Shown: in pieces, positions 60,585 through 64,000 of the stretch
How positions within the stretch are numbered: the first letter of the stretch is position 1
How the letters are laid out: each line of letters begins with the position of its first letter
Origin: Myxococcales bacterium
GTDB taxonomy: Bacteria; Myxococcota_A; Polyangia; Polyangiales; DASUME01
NCBI GenBank assembly: GCA_047601445.1
Contig: JASGJH010000001.1
Coordinates: forward strand, 4,000,001 to 4,064,000
Reading direction: 5' to 3'
DNA: 64,000 nucleotides
Made by a program: the position numbers and the translations under genes
Notes under the pieces: model-generated
Databases searched by the model: none
What the model saw: the letters and a program-made list of their open reading frames with translations, nothing else
What the model was told of the DNA's origin: nothing

Positions 60585-61023
60585 ATGAGCGCCTCCGAAC
60601 TCTCCCTCGCCGACCAGAAAGAGATCCGCTTCCTCACCATGGCGGCGTCGCTCGTGACCCTCGGCATGCTGCAGCTCTTGATCCATTCCGACGCAGAGAT
60701 GACCGCCAAGTTGCATCGCGCGCTGGGTCCCGCGCCCCATGGCGTCGCAGTCACGACCTACATCCCGCTGTTCGCGACGCTGATTCTGGCTGCCCACGCC
60801 GTTCTTCGTACGTCATCTCGTCATCCTCAATCGCCTGAGCCCGCCCAAGATTGGCGGACTCGGAGGGACCGGTCAGTTCCTGAGCTACCTGCGCTACCTC
60901 GCCTCGGTAGAGGGGGATTCGCCCATGGTCCGTCGAGCCAAGCGCGTGGGCTTTGTGGCCATCGGGTACTTCGTCGCGCTCGTCAGCTGGTGGGTCCACT
61001 GGACCAGCGCCCACCACATCTAG
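60585..61023 (+). pseudogene. Small membrane protein with probable frameshift near 60784-60810
   Basis: High-GC3 frame switches from ..YIPLFATL to WLPTPFFVRHLVILNRL..GFVAIGYFVALVSWWVHWTSAHHI* (TAG 61021). Confidence 0.55.
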
Positions 61024-61142
61024 CTTCGGCGGAGCCTGGAGAGCCCCTGTACATCGGCTGATCGCGGCCTGCGCGCCGGTTGTACATGCTCGCGCACCCA
61101 CCCAGGTAATTCCCGCATGGTTCCACGGCCCGCGCGCGTGGC

Positions 61143-61880
61143 ATGGAACGTGAGTTAGGGCCCACTATGGTCCCGCTCCTCATCCTCTGCGCCGCCCTAT
61201 TCATGATCACGGTGGAGCGCTTTCGGCCCGCTCGTCACTGGCCTCGCGTCAAGGGCTGGCTCGTGCGGGCCTGGGTCGTGAGCGCGCTGCAGGGTCTGGT
61301 CGTGCTCGCGTTCGGTGCATTTCTCGACGACTTCTTGCAGGGCCAGCACCTGTTCGTGCTGGCCCGCTCGGGCGCGCGCCTCTGGCCTTCCCTGATTGGC
61401 TACGTCGTCGTGACCTTCGTCTTCTACTGGTGGCACCGGGCCCGCCATCGCTCGGACGTCCTGTGGCGCTACCTGCATCAGTTTCACCACAGCCCGCAAC
61501 GTCTGGAGGCGATCACCGCATTCTACAAGCATCCCCTCGAGCTCGTGAGCAACAGCATGATCACGAGCCTCGTCTTGTACGTGCTGTGTGGACTCTCGCC
61601 TGCGCAAGCGGCGGGAACCCTCGCGCTGTGTGGATTGGGTGAGCTCTTCTATCACTGGAACGTGCGCACGCCGCGTTGGCTGGGTCTCTTCATTCAGCGT
61701 CCGGAGATGCATTGCGAACACCACCGTGAAGGCATCCACGCCTGCAACTACGGCGACCTCCCGGTGTGGGATCTGCTGTTCGGCTCCTATACGAACCCGG
61801 AGGTCTTCGACGGCCGCTGCGGCTTCGGGGACGACGAGCACCGCCTGCGTGAGCTGTTGCTGGCGCGAAAGGTGGCTTGA
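61143..61880 (+). CDS. Sterol desaturase / fatty acid hydroxylase family protein
   Basis: His boxes YWWHRARH, HQFHH, HPLE, YHWN, HCEHH, NYG..WD.LFG; start may be 61167. Confidence 0.92.
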   Translation: MERELGPTMVPLLILCAALFMITVERFRPARHWPRVKGWLVRAWVVSALQGLVVLAFGAFLDDFLQGQHLFVLARSGARLWPSLIGYVVVTFVFYWWHRARHRSDVLWRYLHQFHHSPQRLEAITAFYKHPLELVSNSMITSLVLYVLCGLSPAQAAGTLALCGLGELFYHWNVRTPRWLGLFIQRPEMHCEHHREGIHACNYGDLPVWDLLFGSYTNPEVFDGRCGFGDDEHRLRELLLARKVA

Positions 61881-61881
61881 G

Positions 61882-62370
61882 ATGAGTCGGCGCGCCTATG
61901 GGGCCTTGATGCTCCTCGCTTGCTTGCAGCTCGCGGCCCTCCTGGCCGGCCTGCCGCGCCTGAAGGGCATGGCCATGGCCAGCGTGGCCTCTCCCTTGCC
62001 AAGGGTCTTCACAGTGAACGACGGGTTGGAGTCCTTCTCCAGTCACTACGTGCTCGAGCTGCGCGACGCCGATGGCACGATCCGCAGTCTGGAGCTGACC
62101 CCTGAGCTCCAGGCACGAATGCGCGGTCCTTACAACCGTCGCAACGCCTACGGCGCGGTGTTCGCGTATGGCCCAGTGCTCGCAACCCAACCCCAAACGC
62201 GTGCCATGTTCTCGGCGGTGTCCCGACATGCCTTGTGCGGCGAGGCACCGCTCCTGCGCGAACTCGGCATCGATCTCTCGCGACTGCGCGGACCCCGCAC
62301 GCTGCACCAGCGGCCGCGCGCGGGCACCCAGACCGCGCTTCCACTCACCCAGGAGATCACATGCCCCTGA
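61882..62370 (+). CDS. Hypothetical membrane-anchored protein in desaturase-HTTM operon
   Basis: N-terminal hydrophobic helix; ASPLPRVF..GLESFS, GPYNRRNAYGA; ATG 1 nt after upstream stop. Confidence 0.75.
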   Translation: MSRRAYGALMLLACLQLAALLAGLPRLKGMAMASVASPLPRVFTVNDGLESFSSHYVLELRDADGTIRSLELTPELQARMRGPYNRRNAYGAVFAYGPVLATQPQTRAMFSAVSRHALCGEAPLLRELGIDLSRLRGPRTLHQRPRAGTQTALPLTQEITCP

Positions 62371-63176
62371 CGGCGCGCAGGCACTTCGAACTCGCGCGTG
62401 GCCTCCTCGGAACCTACGTGGCGCTGCACTTCGCCATGCTTTGGCCGTACTCGGACGAGCTCTTCTCCTCGCGCGGAATGCTCCCCAGTGCGGCGGCGAG
62501 CCCACTTTCGATGGCATTCCCCAACCTGCTCACCTGGTTCGACGCGCCGTGGATGGCTCGATTTCTGGTCGGTCTCGGCGCGCTGGCAGGCATCCTTCTG
62601 CTCAGCGAACGCAGCGCGCGCCCCGCAGCCCTCGTCGCTTACTACGTCTGGGCGTGCCTGTTCGGACGCAATCCCCTGATCGCCAATCCCAGCCTTCCCT
62701 ACGTAGGTCTCATGCTCCTGGTCGTGGCATGCGTCGACGTTCGCAGGCTGTCGGAAGCTGGCCCCGGGCGAACCCGCCATCTCCGAGTGCTCTGGGTCGC
62801 CATGTGCTTGGGCTATAGCTACAGTGGATTCACCAAGCTGCCGAGTCCCTCCTGGGCCGACGGGCAAGCGCTCCACTACGTACTCGTCAGTCCGCTCGCA
62901 CGCCCCTCGCACGTGCGTGCACTGCTCCTCACGCTACCCGACGGGCTGCTCCAGGCAGCCAGCTTCGGCACCCTGGCCCTCGAGTTGTGCTTCCTGCCGC
63001 TCGCGCTGTTCGAGCGAGCTCGACCGTGGCTGTGGTCTGCCATGCTCGCGCTGCACGTGGCCCTGATCGCCTGCGTGCAGTTCGCAGACCTCAGCATCGC
63101 CATGGTCCTCCTGCATGTGTTTGCGTTCGATCCGCGCTGGCTCGCTCGTGGTGACGCCTCGACCCACCACATCTAG
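62361..63176 (+). CDS. HTTM-domain (vitamin K-dependent carboxylase/SdpB-like) membrane protein
   Basis: LFSSRG, RNPLIANPSLPY, YSYSGFTKL..SWADGQAL, LEL..PL, H; AGGAG RBS. Confidence 0.8.
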   Translation: MPLTARRHFELARGLLGTYVALHFAMLWPYSDELFSSRGMLPSAAASPLSMAFPNLLTWFDAPWMARFLVGLGALAGILLLSERSARPAALVAYYVWACLFGRNPLIANPSLPYVGLMLLVVACVDVRRLSEAGPGRTRHLRVLWVAMCLGYSYSGFTKLPSPSWADGQALHYVLVSPLARPSHVRALLLTLPDGLLQAASFGTLALELCFLPLALFERARPWLWSAMLALHVALIACVQFADLSIAMVLLHVFAFDPRWLARGDASTHHI

Positions 63177-63225
63177 CTGCAGCTAGGGCCGCTTTCCGCG
63201 TCTGCGCGGGCGGCGGGCTGCGCGC

Positions 63226-63603
63226 TCAGGGACGATCGAGCTGCCACGGATCGGCGACGCAGATGTCCAGCGAGCCGATGATAGGCAGGGCATCGCAGGC
63301 CGGCATGCGCGAGAGGTTGGTCAGCGTCAGGGTCACCGTGGACTCTGGCTGGGAGGTGTCCCGAGTGAAAGAGCCTCCCCCGACACAATAGCGGTCGCCA
63401 TTCTCCAGCACGAAGGTTCCCGACGTGACCTTGCCGCTGGTGGCGCTGAGCGACGACGTATCGCTGAGAAGGACAAGCTCGGTCGGCGCGAGCACTCGAA
63501 AGCGCCCGGGAGCCTGCTGAATCCGACCGACCTCATGATCGAGGACCATTCCGTCGACGCTCCCAGTGACTCTGGAGGACGACACCTTGAGCGTGCCAGT
63601 CAA
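63226..63603 (-). CDS. Hypothetical protein or C-terminal fragment of a secreted protein
   Basis: Plausible beta-rich sequence with YCVGGG..C..LDIC; no clear start or signal peptide. Confidence 0.4.
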   Translation of the reverse strand: MTGTLKVSSSRVTGSVDGMVLDHEVGRIQQAPGRFRVLAPTELVLLSDTSSLSATSGKVTSGTFVLENGDRYCVGGGSFTRDTSQPESTVTLTLTNLSRMPACDALPIIGSLDICVADPWQLDRP

Positions 63604-63626
63604 CGTCGGTCACGATGGGCTGCCGA

Positions 63627-64000
63627 CTAGTGCCCCGCCTGCCTCACTTCACCCCTGCATACGCGGCGCCGCTCCACCTCACGCATGACGAACACTCGCT
63701 CGTCCGATGCCCCGTTAGCGAGCTGCGGACACAGCGCGCTGCGTTGCTCCTCGAGCGCAAGTGCCTCGACAAGATCCCCTCGGGCAGTCAACAGGCGGAC
63801 CACACTCGCCAGGCTGGTGCTGAGCATCCGTTGCCAGCGGACATTCAGCAAGTCCCTCTGCACGAGCTGGGTGACCAGGCTGCGGCTCTGCTCATAGGAG
63901 GCCAGCGCGCCTCCCAGGTTGTCCTGGGCCTCGAGCACGCGGCCCACGTTGTCGAGGCTCACGCACAGGTCCTCTTGCCAGTGAGTGCGCGACGGCTCCT
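63627..64000 (-). CDS. C-terminal TPR repeats of a protein extending beyond the window
   Basis: WQEDLCVSLDNVGRVLEAQDNLGGALASYEQS..NVRWQRMLSTSL repeat type. Confidence 0.75.
   Translation of the reverse strand, partial: EPSRTHWQEDLCVSLDNVGRVLEAQDNLGGALASYEQSRSLVTQLVQRDLLNVRWQRMLSTSLASVVRLLTARGDLVEALALEEQRSALCPQLANGASDERVFVMREVERRRVCRGEVRQAGH

Overview
High-GC bacterial DNA, most consistent with a myxobacterium (Myxococcota, Polyangia/Sandaracinaceae-like). The signs are many Cys-rich lipoproteins with DAG/GD low-complexity linkers, a Ser/Thr kinase-TPR/PEGA-FHA/sigma54 activator cluster, and STAS/SEC14-like and GYF_2 proteins. It is a patchwork accessory region of about 50 CDSs; I recognised no rRNA, tRNA, CRISPR array, integrase or transposase. 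Recognisable genes include a long-chain acyl-CoA synthetase, an arylsulfatase, kup, katG (with an OxyR-like box), a cholesterol oxidase, a streptothricin acetyltransferase-like GNAT, SDRs, an enoyl-CoA hydratase and several TetR/MarR/LuxR/AraC regulators, some with visible palindromic operators. The most notable items are: (1) a bacterial lipoprotein resembling the fungal cell-wall Tos1/YJL171C family, with an intact GH16-type ExDxxE motif; (2) an apparently exported caspase-like (CHAT) lipoprotein overlapping a secreted calcineurin-like phosphoesterase; (3) a ricin-lectin lipoprotein with an inverted, frameshifted second copy of its C-terminal domain just upstream; (4) a translationally coupled GNAT plus 2TM-GNAT-like pair; (5) a desaturase-small membrane protein-HTTM triad next to cholesterol oxidase; and (6) several frameshifts and gene relics hidden from the ORF track. 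All family calls come from reading motifs by eye and need HMM or structure confirmation.
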